A DNA stretch of 64,000 nucleotides from Octopus vulgaris (lineage: Eukaryota). The position numbers were made by a program, and so were the translations under genes. The notes beneath the pieces were generated by a model. The model ran no database searches. It was not told where the DNA came from and worked only from the letters and a program-made list of their open reading frames with translations. Location of the stretch: contig OX597822.1 in NCBI GenBank assembly GCA_951406725.2, positions 110,174,001 through 110,238,000 of the forward strand. The letters run 5' to 3'. Position 1 is the first letter of the stretch. The number at the start of each line of letters is the position of its first letter. This document shows positions 49,408-63,095 of this stretch, piece by piece.

Positions 49408-50574
49408 TAATAATTGTATAATTTCTAAAATTAGCACGAAGACACAAATATTTTGGGGACAGTTTAGCTTGATTTAATCGATGCTACCGTTTGATTGGCA
49501 TGTATTGATCGTTTTCAGAGAGATGAGAGCGATAAAGATGACTCCAATGTGATGAATGAAGTCAAATGAATAGAAAAGCAAAGTTGACTACGATGGCACT
49601 CAGAACGTTGCAGGGCGGAATTAAATACAGAAAGGCATGTATATGATACCGATTCTGCAATCTTAATTAGAAGGATAGCAGAAACGGCGCCAGATAAATG
49701 CCTTTCCCTAAATAAAATTCATTAAGATGAAATGCTTTTCTCTGTAAATAATAATAATATTGATAAAACGTAATATTTACAATTTTAAAGATTTCTCTAT
49801 AAAAATGTTATATTGACTAATAAATTTGTTTAAAATCATTCCAGACTTTATAATATTAGTTATCATTGAAACGCCTTAGGCAAGTACCTCACACAAGTAG
49901 AAATTAGAATAAAAACATTATGTATAATTCTGCCAAATCAATCTCCAGAAAATATCAAAAAGCGAGCTGTATAGTCGTGATCTGAACTACAGTCGTTTTC
50001 AAAAGGTTACCGAATGAATTACTCTGCATTAGACTTCTTAACAACTGTAGCAATATTTAATTTTCTTCGCTGTAAGGAGTCTAAAATCTCACGTGTATAT
50101 ATTGCCTGAAAATCAGTTTGAGAAGGAAGATACTATGTGTGCATCCTGTAGGTTTTAATTATTTCTTTTATAATTAAAAGAATTTCTGAAATAACTGTTT
50201 TTTCTAAGATGCTATTATTTCCTTTATAATTTCACTTTCCCCAAAGGTATGTCATCTTCAATGCTTGTAACTACTTTCTAAATTCTAATTTTCTTATAAA
50301 CTTTACATTCTTCAATAAGCTTTCTTGACTGTGTTTGATTTTCGAAATCAAAATATACGTATCTGAAAGAACAGAAATTCCCATATACGTCTTTAAAATA
50401 TTAATCTTTAAAATTCTATATAAACTGTTTGTTGCTACTTGGTTTCTTTTCTAAAAAAATCAGACAGCTAAATAAAAATACATCCAAACTAATGTGAAGA
50501 CAACTGATTATAAGTGTAAGTACAAAGTCAAGTCGTTGTTTAGCATCAATAGCAGCTCTAAGTGAGCTTACCCA

Positions 50575-50941
50575 TTTCTTTACTACCCACAAGGGGCTAA
50601 ACACAGAGGGGACAAACAAGAACAGACAAACGGATTAAGTCGATTACATCGACCTCAGTGCGTAACTGGTACTTATTTAATCCATCCCGAAAGCAGGAAA
50701 GGCAAAGTCGACCGCGGCGGAATTTGAACTCAGAACGTAGCGGCAGAGAAATACCGCAAATCATTTCACCCGGCGAAATACCTATTTCTTTACTACCTAC
50801 AAGTGGCTAAACACAGAGAGGACAAACAAGGACAGACAAACGGATCAAGTCGATTACATCGACTCCAGTGCGTAACTGGTACTTAATTTATCGACCCCGA
50901 TAGGATAAAAGGCAAAGTCGACCGCGGCGGAATTTGAACTC
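50575..50941 (-). mobile_element. SINE-B tandem dimer
   Basis: Two tail-1 bodies joined at GAAATAG|GTATTTCG (50775-50788). Confidence 0.88.
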
Positions 50942-53164
50942 TGTATAACTGATTTTTTCTGGTAGTAAGGAAACAATATTCAGAAAAAACCAAAACGGAC
51001 TTGAGATACATAGTCTCTGAGTAACAAATATGTTACATCATATTTGAAAGATCAGGAGGTATGTAGGGAAAAATATCAGGTTGTGTAGGTCATAATTCAC
51101 AGTTAACAATCAGCATTAACATCATAAAAATTGTCAACTAAAGGTAATGAAAATTCACACGTAGGAAGTTTCTACGTCATAAAAGTTTACATGTCAGTCA
51201 CACAGAACTATCTCCACTGACTGTTTTTATTGTTCAGCTGTTCAAACGATAAGATTAGTATAAAAACATTAGATCCCTTTGTGACAATATTCCGAAAAGA
51301 GGACACAAACCTGGTTTGGGGCTCGTTACCTAAATATAAGTATGTTTATCAATGGTCGTTTTGATAATTTGTATTGTTAGGTGAAATATCTCTTAACATT
51401 AATTTGTAGCTAAAAAAAAAAACAAGTTTAGAACTGGAATTAAATTATAAATATCTTAAAATATGTTTATGCATATGTACAGAAGAAAATATATCCATAT
51501 ATGTATATATATATATAAATATATACTACTATATAAGGAAATACTTCATATAAACATTTTAGGAAATATATCAGCATGTTTCAAAGCTTGATGGAAGAGG
51601 ATAATTAGAATATGTTAAGAAAATATTGAAGTTTGTTAATAAAAATATCTTACGTTAGAGTTGTTGATTTATCAGAGGCAATAACATGAATAAAATTAAA
51701 AAAGTACCTCGAACGATATACTATCAAAATTTCAGCTCAAATTTGTCAAGAACTAACAAATGTAAATATACTCATCAAACTTAAAACAAAATTAATTACG
51801 TTCTAGATGTTTGTGTATAATTAAAAACTTCGTGGTGCACCATTTCTTTTCTCTAGTAGAGTTCGTAGATATTAATTAATTACTACGTTGTTGATGATTT
51901 GCTTTTCTTTCACAAATAAGAAGCATTGGGTAATCAATCATTAACTTTATACTTGAACACTTCAACTTAAGTGTTAAATGTGTTATTATATACAACTCAT
52001 TATATGGCTGCACCCCACTATCTTAATGTGTCCTCGTATTGATTAATTGAAGCATCTTAAACTGAAGAAAAACATAATATAGGAGACTGGTATATATAAA
52101 GATATATATATTTGTGTGTGTGTGTGTGTGTGTGTGTGAGTTTGTGCATAAGAAGCTATGGACAAGGAATCTTGCCTATGCACTAATGACAATTTATAGA
52201 TATATCCGTTTGTAACTAACATCGTAAAACAAATTTATAGTCACGATTTCTGTTTGCCTTAAACATATATATGGTTCATATACAATTATATTCAATGAAA
52301 TGATCGTAATTAGATAACATACACTAATTATTTAGCCGAGGTGGAGTCTCTCAAGTGAAAATATTGTCAATTTTCTTTTAGTAGATGTATGTCATACTAA
52401 GTTGTGTACGATCGTATAAACAGCAATTAGGAGTAGAATTTTGATGTTTGATAAATTTTCAAAACTGTATCTAGGAGCAGTCGGATATATAGTAACACTA
52501 TAACTACTCACTTAGGGGCTATTTTAACATACATTTTATTTAACTATGTTACGAGTTTCAAATCTTCCTCACAGCAATTTAAACTTTTAATTGGATTCGA
52601 ATTGGTTAGCAAAGTAATCAACCATGTATTATTTTTCTTCCGATAGATACAGATACAATTAAAATCTTTCCAGATAGATATTAGTCTAAATCTAAAAAGG
52701 CTGGGAGTTACGTCAAGTTTATATGCTCTGCTATTAAATTACATAAAAACAGTAGAAATTAGACAAAGTAATATTGTACAAAGTAAAACGATTTTTGATC
52801 CAAAATGCAAATCGGACATAATGATCTAAGCACCTTATTTGAGACAAATTTTCAACAGAACGATACCTTAATTTGTGAAGAGGCACTTTGTAAACAAAAC
52901 TATGATTTTCAAATCGTTTCGTAAGATAGAAGTAGCTAAGCGAATATTTTGCAAATCTATCCTTTTCGTATCATCCGAAACTTTATTGGGAAAGGGTTGT
53001 GTTTCTGGCAGTCATCATGCACGGCATATAAATGAGGAAGAAACGCGCGCGTGCGCAAACACCCACCCACCTACACACATTCACATAGATATGCCTGCAA
53101 AATTAAACAAAAGTGTTACGACTAGAATTTGTTTTTACAAACATACACATTACAGTATCTGTAA

Positions 53165-53552
53165 TCTCTCTCTATATATAAAGCTGAAGTTGTCTATGTA
53201 TGGCAGGTTTGGTAGCCTTCAACTAACACTATCTCCTCCGGGACCCTGCGGCGCAAGTTGACCAAAATTGAGAGTATGATAAAAAGAAAAAAGTCTTGTT
53301 TTTCCTTCCGTACAAGAAAAAATTCAAATCGGACCATGTTAACACCAACAATTATTTACATCAAAAAGGTCCTATTTTTCTATGAAAATGCCTATTTTTT
53401 ACGATTTTTTTACTGTTGTGTCGCCATTTCAACCAGAAAAAATGTTCACTTAAAGAGAATAACAAGCTACATAATGCACAATTTTTACTTTTAAAAAATT
53501 CCAGTTCCAAAGGGTCGAAACAAACCCGAGCAACGCCGGGCGATACTGCTAG
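53165..53552 (+). mobile_element. Non-autonomous Helitron
   Basis: A^TC start; ends ACAAACCCGAGCAACGCCGGGCGATACTGCTAG^T, identical to the 3' end of 37428-37821. Confidence 0.82.
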
Positions 53553-54570
53553 TATACAATATAGCTTTCATATTAATCGAATTAGATATCAATCGACGCC
53601 CTTCAATCACTTGTGTTATTGGTTGACTAAAGGAAAGAATGCAACAACTTTCGCTTCTCTTTAAATGGATTCGTGCCTTCTAAATATTGCATCTCCAGCT
53701 TCATTAGAGCATTGCAATTATCAATTTATGTTTGTTTCCTTTCTAAAATCCATCCTAGTTAATTAGAAATGACGTCATTCAAAATGATTTATGTCAATAA
53801 AATGCATTAACTTGATTTCTGTTAACATTTCACCTCAAACCAGATATTTCTAACTCCCTAGTCAGCAGTCGGTTTACACCAATGAGAGTTCTGTTTTGCA
53901 GCTGAACTTAAGTTGCATTACAGACAGCTTAAAGGGAACAAATGTTCAATGTTATCTAACTCGTTCGCTTATATTTCTCGTTTATAAATCCACAAGAGTT
54001 ATTAGAAGAGGATTTATTCTTAGCAACTAGCACAGTCATTATTATAAAAAGAATTTCCTTTATATGTGTTCTGCCAAGATTTGTAGGATCGTAAGTGATC
54101 GAGTCGTTATCCATTATTACGTAAATCACTATTTTACCGATCTTAGAGAGATAAAAAAAAAATAAAGAAGACACTGGTTAAATTTGAAATTACACAAGGG
54201 ATGCATTAACTGCTGGAGTCTATTGAACATCGAGACTATTCTCTTATCTTCCTTTTCTTTCATCCTAAATATAATATTTCGACAATTGACGCAAGAAACT
54301 ATTTAAAGTTCTGCATCTTCTAAATTATATAAAAAAACGAGCTCGTTTTTTTTTTTCTTATTGCAACAAGCTGCTGTATGAAATTGTATCTTTTGTGACG
54401 TTTCCATCTTGCAATGAATATATTTTTTCTCTTAAAAACATATCTAGTGCTGCTTAATGAAATGCTATAAATATAGACATCTTTCTTCACTTGACTATTT
54501 CTCTGTTTAAGTGATCGAAAATACACACACACACACACACACAAACACAGAGGTATCTATATATGTGTGC

Positions 54571-54643
<73 letters not shown>

Positions 54644-54651
54644 TATATATA

Positions 54652-54953
54652 ATCACCGTGATCACCATGACCGACCAGGCTATAAGATGTTGCTACACAT
54701 CGCTGATCACAATGCGCTTCGCATTGTTTTAGCCTTCAAATGACGCCACCCCGCTGGCTAAGTGAGCAGGCCAACAGAAGAAAGAGTGAGAGAAAGTTGT
54801 GGCGAAGGAGTACAGCAGGGATCGCCACCACCACCCTACCGGAGCTTTAGGTGTTTTCGCTCAAAAAACACTCACAACGACCGGTCTGGGAATCGAAACC
54901 TTGATCCTACGACCGCGAGTCCGCTGCCTTAACCACTGGGTCATTGCACTTCC
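54652..54953 (-). mobile_element. SINE family C
   Basis: Family match. Confidence 0.87.
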
Positions 54954-54955
54954 AC

Positions 54956-54995
<40 letters not shown>

Positions 54996-55092
54996 GTATA
55001 TATGTATATATATGTACACACACACACACACATACATATGTATATATATGTATATATATGTACACACACATGTATATAAGCATATATATGCA

Positions 55093-55912
55093 TGACTCTG
55101 TAGTAAGAAGCTTGCTACCCAATCCCACGCTTTTAGGTTCAATCTAATTGCATGGCAACTTGGACAAATGTTTTGTTCTATAGCAATCGGCCGATAAAAG
55201 CCCTGTGAGTGGATTTGAAACTGAAAGAAGTCCGTCGTAACTATATACTAGTTGTTTTCTTTTGATGTAGTTACAAATAGTAGTAAGCAGGTGTTTGTGT
55301 AATGAATATAGTAGGCTAGTGTTTCACTCCTGCTGATTACTCTTGACTAACAGGCAGTGTTAGTGTTTTTAACACAGTTGAAACCGCAGGATTGAATGGT
55401 ACTGTCCAGGTGTCGAAACCATAGTGATGTCCGTTGGGCAGCTGATGAGAGGAATACATATTTGTTATGCGTGTTTAGGAATGTTTATATTTTAGACTCG
55501 TTATTCTGAGTTGTCTTTCATTTTATCAAAGTGGAAGGTGCTTCTAGATTCATGGTTCGTAGAGATGACTTACATCGATATTGGCTCTTTTTTTTTCACA
55601 AATAATCTTTTTAAGCTGAGATAACGCTTAGATATTGGTGCCTTCTTTTGGGAGATTCTGTGACATGCATACATACGTACGTATATACATATATATGTGG
55701 GGGTGGGGTTCTTGTGTGTGTCTGTGCATATGTGCGCGTGCGCAAGTATTTGTGTCTGTGTGTCTTTTGATTTGAGTTTTTCCATTACCACTTCCTGACA
55801 ACTGGTGTTGCTTTGCTTACGTCCCCGTAACTCACCAATTCCACCTAAGAGACTGGCAGAATAAGTACTTGGCTTTAAAATGAGTACTGGGGATGGATTT
55901 GCTTGAAAGAGG
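55093..55912 (+). mobile_element. Old SINE-A copy split into a 5' half (55093-55240) and a 3' half (about 55745-55912) by unrelated sequence
   Basis: GTGAGTGGATTTGAAACTGAAAGAAGTCCGTCGT ... TTACGTCCCCGTAACT...AGAATAAGTACT. Confidence 0.7.
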
Positions 55913-56975
55913 CAGGAGTAAAAAGTTGTAGTTTCTAAAGGGAAAATGTTTGTTAAGAATATTGAGATGGATAAAGATAATGTATAGTGGACGCTGGCAA
56001 AGTTGGTAGCATATTGCTACACAGTGAGTATACGCGTTGATACACCCGTGAGTACAAACGTACACTGACTTCTAACCTGTAGTGTAAACATAAATACACG
56101 AGCGCGCGCACGTGTACGCATAGTCCCACAATCAAAAAGGAAAATATAAAGGGATCACAAAGTTGACATAGTTAAGTGGTCCCAGCTTAATATTTAGGAT
56201 CAGTTTTGCTGTCAAGATTCCAAGATTGAAAATTTTTTAATTTGGTACAGTAAATGTAGTTTTCGAAGCTAAATTGCTGGAGATATTTCAATTTTTCCAG
56301 AAATTAAAAAAAAAAAAAGCTTTGAAGTTTGATCATTGTTACCAAGTCTGAAAATAGGATTTGGAATCTGTCATTTTGTGCGCGACAGCACGTGTTGCGA
56401 ACTGTAAACAAATAAAATTCTACTTTACGCATGCCATTTACCCCCTCATAATTTTTTTAGTTTTGGGATTTTTCAGAAACTTTATACGAATTCTACACGT
56501 GGCAATTCGTCTGATTATCCAAAAACAAAACAAAAAGATTTTGTGTGCGTGATTTAAGACCTATTTGGCTGCTATTTTTTCTATTGCACAAATGACAACC
56601 ACCTCAACGACGGGAATATATTTGTTAACACGTGATTTCTCGCAGACAAAAGAGTTCTTATGATTGGCTTGTTACTATGAAAACAGGCACGAATGTGACT
56701 GTGGCTTACGATTGGCTAAAATTATCCAAAATTAAAAATAGACAACTTTGAAAGCTAATAGCTCTTTATTTATCATTTTTTTTTTTTGCGAAAAGGAATT
56801 TCAAAGCAGGGATTAGCATAAAAAACCATATAATTACACCGAATATGAAATCAATTCGAGCAGTAATTGAAGAGATTGAAAATAGACAGCCAAAGTGAAA
56901 AGATCCAAAATTTATAACAACCTTTCTTTCCCCTTAAAGTGGGCAAGTATCTATATGTATATATACGAATATATA

Positions 56976-57358
56976 CAGTACAACCTCGCAGCACGAATGC
57001 CCCATTGTACGAGTTATTTGCTGTACGAGCCGAGATTCGTTCGAAATTTTGTCTTGAAGTTCGAGCGGAAATCCGCAGTACGAGCACACAAATCATTTCA
57101 TGTTTAAGGTAATTCAGTTAATAAAAACCAGTTTAATATTTCTTTTGCATTCTCTTTTTTTTTATAATTGTCGTTTACTTGTAACTACAGCTTTTCTGTT
57201 TTAACATCCATAGAAAAATAATTTTTGAGTGGTTTTTGTGGGTTGGAACGGATTAATTATATTTTAGTTAATTTCAATGGAGAAAATTGATTTGTAAACG
57301 AGTAAATCGTAAGACAACCTCATGGAACGAATTAAACTCAAACTGTGAGGTATCACTG
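56976..57358. mobile_element. pogo/Tigger-like MITE
   Basis: TA TSD; TIRs CAGTACAACCTCGCAG / reverse complement CAGTGATACCTCACAG; subterminal GGAACGGATTAA/GGAACGAATTAA repeats. Confidence 0.75.
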
Positions 57359-57370
57359 TACTTATATATA

Positions 57371-57602
57371 AAGGTGGCGAGCTGGCAGAAACGTTAGCAC
57401 GCCAGGCGAAATGCGTAGCCGTATTTCGTCTGCCGTTACGTCCTGAGTTCAAATTCCGCCGAGGTCGACTTTGTCTTTCATCCTTTCGGGGTCGATTAAA
57501 TAAGTACCAGTTACCCACTGGGGTCGATGTAATCGACTTAATCCGTTTGTCTGACCTTGTTTGTCCCCTCTGTGTTTAGCACCTTGTGGGTAGTAAAGAA
57601 AT
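57371..57602 (+). mobile_element. SINE family B, full length, tail type 1
   Basis: Best reference copy of the family. Confidence 0.92.
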
Positions 57603-57603
57603 A

Positions 57604-57663
<60 letters not shown>

Positions 57664-58169
57664 CATCATCATCGTTGACACCATCATTACTGCTACAATC
57701 TTCTTCTTCTTCTCCTTCTTTTATTGCTACAACTATTCTCGGTGACCAAATATCATCCACCCTTCTTCTGCCATCCCCCATCACCACTTCCCCAACGCTA
57801 CCAAACTCAACCACTATTTCTGCAAGTGTCCAACTTCAACCACGCTTTCTTTCTTCCGCCCCAACCATCACTGCTCTCAATGTCATCAAAGTCAAACAAA
57901 TCTAAACCTAAAAATATTTACAATCCATTGCACCTTAAAACACCCCCACACTTCTAAATCGAAATCCAAAAAATATACCACCATTCTTTGCGCGCGAGTC
58001 TATGCACACACTGTGACTGCAATTTCACTCATCTCTCAGAGATTGGACGCTCAATTAATTAATTAATTAATTAATTAATTAATTAATTCACCCACAGCAT
58101 TTTTACTTCAGCAGCTCCATCAACAAAAATTATAATCAAATTGTAACGCTAAAATCTGCTGCTATTCAT

Positions 58170-59700
58170 GCGGGACTATGTCTACAGCAAGTCTGTATGT
58201 TCATGCGTCTCCCCGGGGGTCCCATCCAACACGAAAATATCCATAAATATGTAATCTATAGCAGCAGTACCCGGCACATTCTCTTCCTACAACTCGGGTA
58301 TCAAGAAAGCACTCAGAAGGAACAAAAACAAAAACAATATCAACGACTCCGTTACGAACTTTTCCAACAACTCGGGAAGCTGGAAACCATTGAGTTGGAA
58401 AAATAACAAAACAAACAACCGACCCACTATCAGTGAAATCACAACTTACTCTCTCTCTCTCTATCTCTCTCTCTCTTTTTTTTACTCTTTTACTTGTTTC
58501 AATCGTTTTTACTGTGGCCATGCTGGAGCACCACCTGTAGTCGAGCAAATCGACCCCAGGACTTATTCATTTTTTTAAGCCTAGTACTTATTCTATCGGT
58601 CTCTTTTGCCGAACCGCTAATTTACGAGCAGGTAAACACACCAGCATCGGTTGTCAAGGGATGTTGGGGAGGGGGACAAACACAGACACACAAATATACA
58701 CACACGCACACACACATACACACATATATATATATATATACATACATACGACAGGCTTCTTTCAGTTTCCGTCTACCAAATCCACTCACAATGCTTTGGT
58801 CGGCCCGAGGCTATAGTAGAATACAGTTGCCCAAGGTGCCACGCAGTGGGACTAAACCCAGAACCATGTGGTCCGTAAGCAAGCTACTTACTACACAACC
58901 ACTCCTACGCCTTCAGCTATCAAATATTTCTTAACCAGGTAAATTCTTTTTTATCCACGCATCGCATAGCAACGGAGATTCAGAAAAGTATCTTGGCTAT
59001 CACACAGCATCAACCTCTTTCCCTACCCCACTGCAAAACCTATCCTCCCAGCTGTTATTGAGTCAGAATTCTCTTTCGGGACCCCTTAAAATGTGTAATC
59101 AAGCCACTACTCCAGTCCCGGCATTCTTGATGAATGCACAAGGCATCAGTCTACCCTTCAATGCAAAAGATGGAAGAATCAATTAATTGAATACTGGGTT
59201 ACTGACCATCCTTATCAAATTCATTTCTTCATCCTTACTGAGATCCACGATGACAGCTCTCACTTGCAAGCTGAAGTTAAAATGAAAATTTTTACTATGA
59301 TTGGCGTGGGCCTCACCGACAGAAAAATGGGAGGAGTTGCCATTTTCTTACAGGACTCAAAATTGTCCCATTCTACAATAGTTATTGTGAACCCGTTATA
59401 TCTAAAAACAAATGATACACTCTTCTCCCGGGATAAGACCTCTTGATATCAAGCACTGCTGGAGGTCTCAGAGAAAATGTCAACAATTTAAGATCGTGTG
59501 CTCGTAAAACGGGGAATCCGACATGGCCTGTAGGACGTGCTTCTGGATCCTCAGGAGTCTCCGGTGTGGAGACTCTCCTACCATTATCCTTCTCTACCTT
59601 CGCTCGTCCTCACCTTCAATACGCCGTTGTGGTCTCCCTACCCAAGGCAAAATATCGCAAAAATTGAAGATGAATAAAAAAAGAACTAAAAACAAGGCAA
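58170..59700 (+). pseudogene. Decayed, internally deleted relative of the 41927-45395 LINE (interrupted by SINE-A)
   Basis: LCLQQVCMFMRLPG ~ [14 protein letters not shown]; FLMNAQGIS...FFILTEIH...HLQAEVKMK...RKMGGVAIFLQDS ~ APE; DMACRTCFWILRS...STFARPHLQY..LWSPY ~ post-RT region. Confidence 0.85.
58478..58911 (-). mobile_element. SINE family A
   Basis: Family match. Confidence 0.9.
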
Positions 59701-59819
59701 CATGACAGGTTGCCACGATGATCAGCACAAGCATTTCATCCTGATAAACAAATCATCTATGCTGGCTGTTCTTCAAGCTTTGCGGAACCCTCATCTGTCG
59801 TCTACCACAGGTGAATCCA

Positions 59820-59857
<38 letters not shown>

Positions 59858-60490
59858 TCACGACATATGTTTCTGATTTCTGCTGTGATTGCTACCATCA
59901 GTTCAACAATCCATCTCGGCATCCGAAACTCGGAGTTTTATCGTGGCTACCGAATAATTGTCACATATTACATTTACAGATAAAATCCTCTATTTACATA
60001 ATATCGAGGTCTCTTTCATTCTTTTGTCTTACCATTTTATCAATGTCCCAGTCTATATTTTTTTTACATATATATATATATAAAAAATCAGAAAATGGAG
60101 AAAACCACAGATTAACCAACACATCGCTTGGACCACATTTATAGCTTATTTTTTAATACAGAGCATGGCATAACAAAACAGGTGGCGTAAAATATCTTAC
60201 GGCCGTTTCTGATCGGATTGCCGGAATGTAGTCTATACATAAATGCGAGGGCAGAGCAAATAATTATTTGCCATCAGGGTTACAATGTCGGTAGGTAAAA
60301 GAGTTAGTTCTCTTGTATATCCTTTTGTTATCTGCACTCTACGTGTATGGTGTGCCTGCACACCATTGCCCGGAGGGTAAAAGGGTAAAACAGGTAACGG
60401 ATACCGATAGTATATACGGATATTTTATCTCTTAGCCGGTTACTATAACCGCTAACTCCGTTTACACACACACACATACATACATACATA

Positions 60491-60524
<34 letters not shown>

Positions 60525-60572
60525 ACATCCCTACACACAAACACACGCACTCACACATATATATGTATATCC

Positions 60573-60624
<52 letters not shown>

Positions 60625-60733
60625 TTATATATACGTATATGCTTATATATGTATGCATATTATGCGTTTACGTGGACATATCTATGTACATTTATACACA
60701 CGCACTCACACACATACACACATATACATTTAC

Positions 60734-60766
<33 letters not shown>

Positions 60767-60903
60767 ACTACATATAAATATACACATATACATACACACT
60801 CATACACTCACGGACGCTCACATTCATGTATACACGTGTGTATATATTTTTATACGTACATATATATATATATATATTTTGTGGTATAAATATATATATA
60901 TAT

Positions 60904-60979
<76 letters not shown>

Positions 60980-61868
60980 TAAGTACAAACATATACATAG
61001 AAAAGAGGCAAATTTTACACTAGATAACTAGATAAATTGTTTGGTAATTAATTGGATTAATAGTTTTACTAAAATTTCCCCAGAGAACCCAAAGCTAATG
61101 AGAACAGCGTTTTAATCTGCTTCTTTATCAAGATTGTTCGTGAATTTGTCGATAGGATGAGTATTTTATTCGATATCAATAACTGCTTGAAAATCACTGA
61201 ATATTTTAAGAGACCGAAATTTGTTGGGAAAATACAATTAAATTCATATTTAAAATAAATATTTCTTTTAGTATTTGATTATTTGATTTAGAACGAATCA
61301 CGGCCTCATGGTATTTTGTATTTCTATTTCCAGTGTTTTAGATTGTAACTGGAAGAAAATATAAATTACTGATGCCTTTTTTATTTTGATTGATTTATGA
61401 AAAGTGAAAATGAGATTGCGTGATTTTCATGACATTTCTAGGGAATTAATAACTTTCGGCAGGTGAAAAAATCTCACCTTAGAGTCGAGAATGACAGGTA
61501 CAGAAGCAAAACTGTAGTCTAGGTGGAGAGAAAGAGATCAAGGATGCTGGGCGTGTGTCGGTTTGGATACGAGTAAGAATACTAGTTGGTGTAAAGGAGT
61601 ACTTCTCAAAGTAGGAGATACTAATCCTCGATGGCAGTGGAAAATTTTACATGAATACTGGGGACAAAGGCGATGGAAAGGCAACAGATTGCTTAATTTT
61701 CAAGCATATTTTCAGTTGTTATTCCGCGTGTGAATCGTGTGGCAATATTAGACAAAACGATCAAAGAACATTTGTACAAAAAGCCTTTCTTGGCGATGAA
61801 CTTAACGCTGGCAATTTTTTGTGGTATATTTAATTTTAGCAAGAGGTCATTGATAAAGTATTAGTATA

Positions 61869-62045
61869 TATTTCTTTACTACCCACAAGGGGCTAAGCAT
61901 AGAGGGGACAAACAAGGACAGACAAAGGGATTAAGTCGATTACTTCGACCCAGTGCGAAACTGGTACTTTATTTATCGACCCCGAGAGGATGAAAGGCAA
62001 AGTCGACCTCGGCGGAATTTGAACTCAGAACCTAACGACAGACGA
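61869..62045 (-). mobile_element. 5'-truncated SINE-B with 17-bp TSD
   Basis: TSD GATAAAGTATTAGTATA at 61852-61868 and 62046-62062. Confidence 0.92.
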
Positions 62046-62061
62046 GATAAAGTATTAGTAT

Positions 62062-62475
62062 AGGAATAGGAGTGGCTCTGTGCTAAGTAGCTTGCTTACG
62101 AACCGAATTGTTCGGGTTCAGTCCCTCTGCGTGGTACCTTGGGCAATTGTCTTCTACTATAGCCTCGGGCCGACCAAAGCCTTGTGAGTGGATTTGGTAG
62201 ACGGAAACTGAAAGAAGCCCGTCGTATATATGCATATATATGTGTATGTGTGTGTATATGTTTGTGTGTCTGTGTTTGTTCCCCCAACATCGCTTGGCAA
62301 CCGATGCTGGTGTGTTTACGTCCCCGTAACTTAGCGGTTCGGCAAAAGAAACCGATGGAATAAGTACTAGGCTCACAAAGAATAAGTCCTGGGGTCGATT
62401 TGCTCGATTGACTAAAAGGCGGTGCTCTAGCATGGCCACAGTGAAATGACTGAAACAAGTAAAAGAGTAAAAGAA
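62062..62475 (+). mobile_element. SINE family A
   Basis: Family match. Confidence 0.9.
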
Positions 62476-62874
62476 AACGGAAGCGCCTGAGTGTTATAAA
62501 AATTTAAGAGACGATAATGTAGAGAAGATTTGGAGATTACAAAAGTTTAAGTTTCTGTACTGGCAATATGAGATGGGAGTGAAAGTCATGGAGAATTGTG
62601 AGAGTAAAGGGGAACTATGAAAGCCCAAGAAATCTGTAAAGATTAAGGAGATGTGGATGAGTCAGTAAGTAGTGTGAAAGCCTAGAAGAACTGCGAGACT
62701 TAGCGTCAGCAGCTTTGGTGACATCCAAATGTCTTCATGTGTTGATTGAAGAGAGAGAGAGACGAAGTAATATAGGACATCAATTCACGAAGAATTATGA
62801 TCGAAAAATCGTAGGGGTTTGGGGTAGTTTGAAGTGGGGCGGCAGAGAAAGCAACTGTTTTTGTATGAGTGTGA

Positions 62875-63047
62875 AAGAAGAGAGAGTGAGAGAGAAAGAG
62901 AGAGAAAGGGGAGAGAAGGGAGAGTGAGAAAGAGAGAGAGAAAGGGGGACAGAGAAAGAAAAACAGAAAGAGAAAGAAAGAAAAAGAGATAGAATGAGGT
63001 AGAAAGAGAGATAGAGAGAGAGAAAGAAAGAAACAGAGAGAAAGAGA

Positions 63048-63095
<48 letters not shown>

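Noticed and set aside
58494-58934. Recurrent 'protein family' ([22 protein letters not shown] / [23 protein letters not shown]) in many ORFs
   Set aside because: Translations of SINE-A copies in various frames; no frame conservation.
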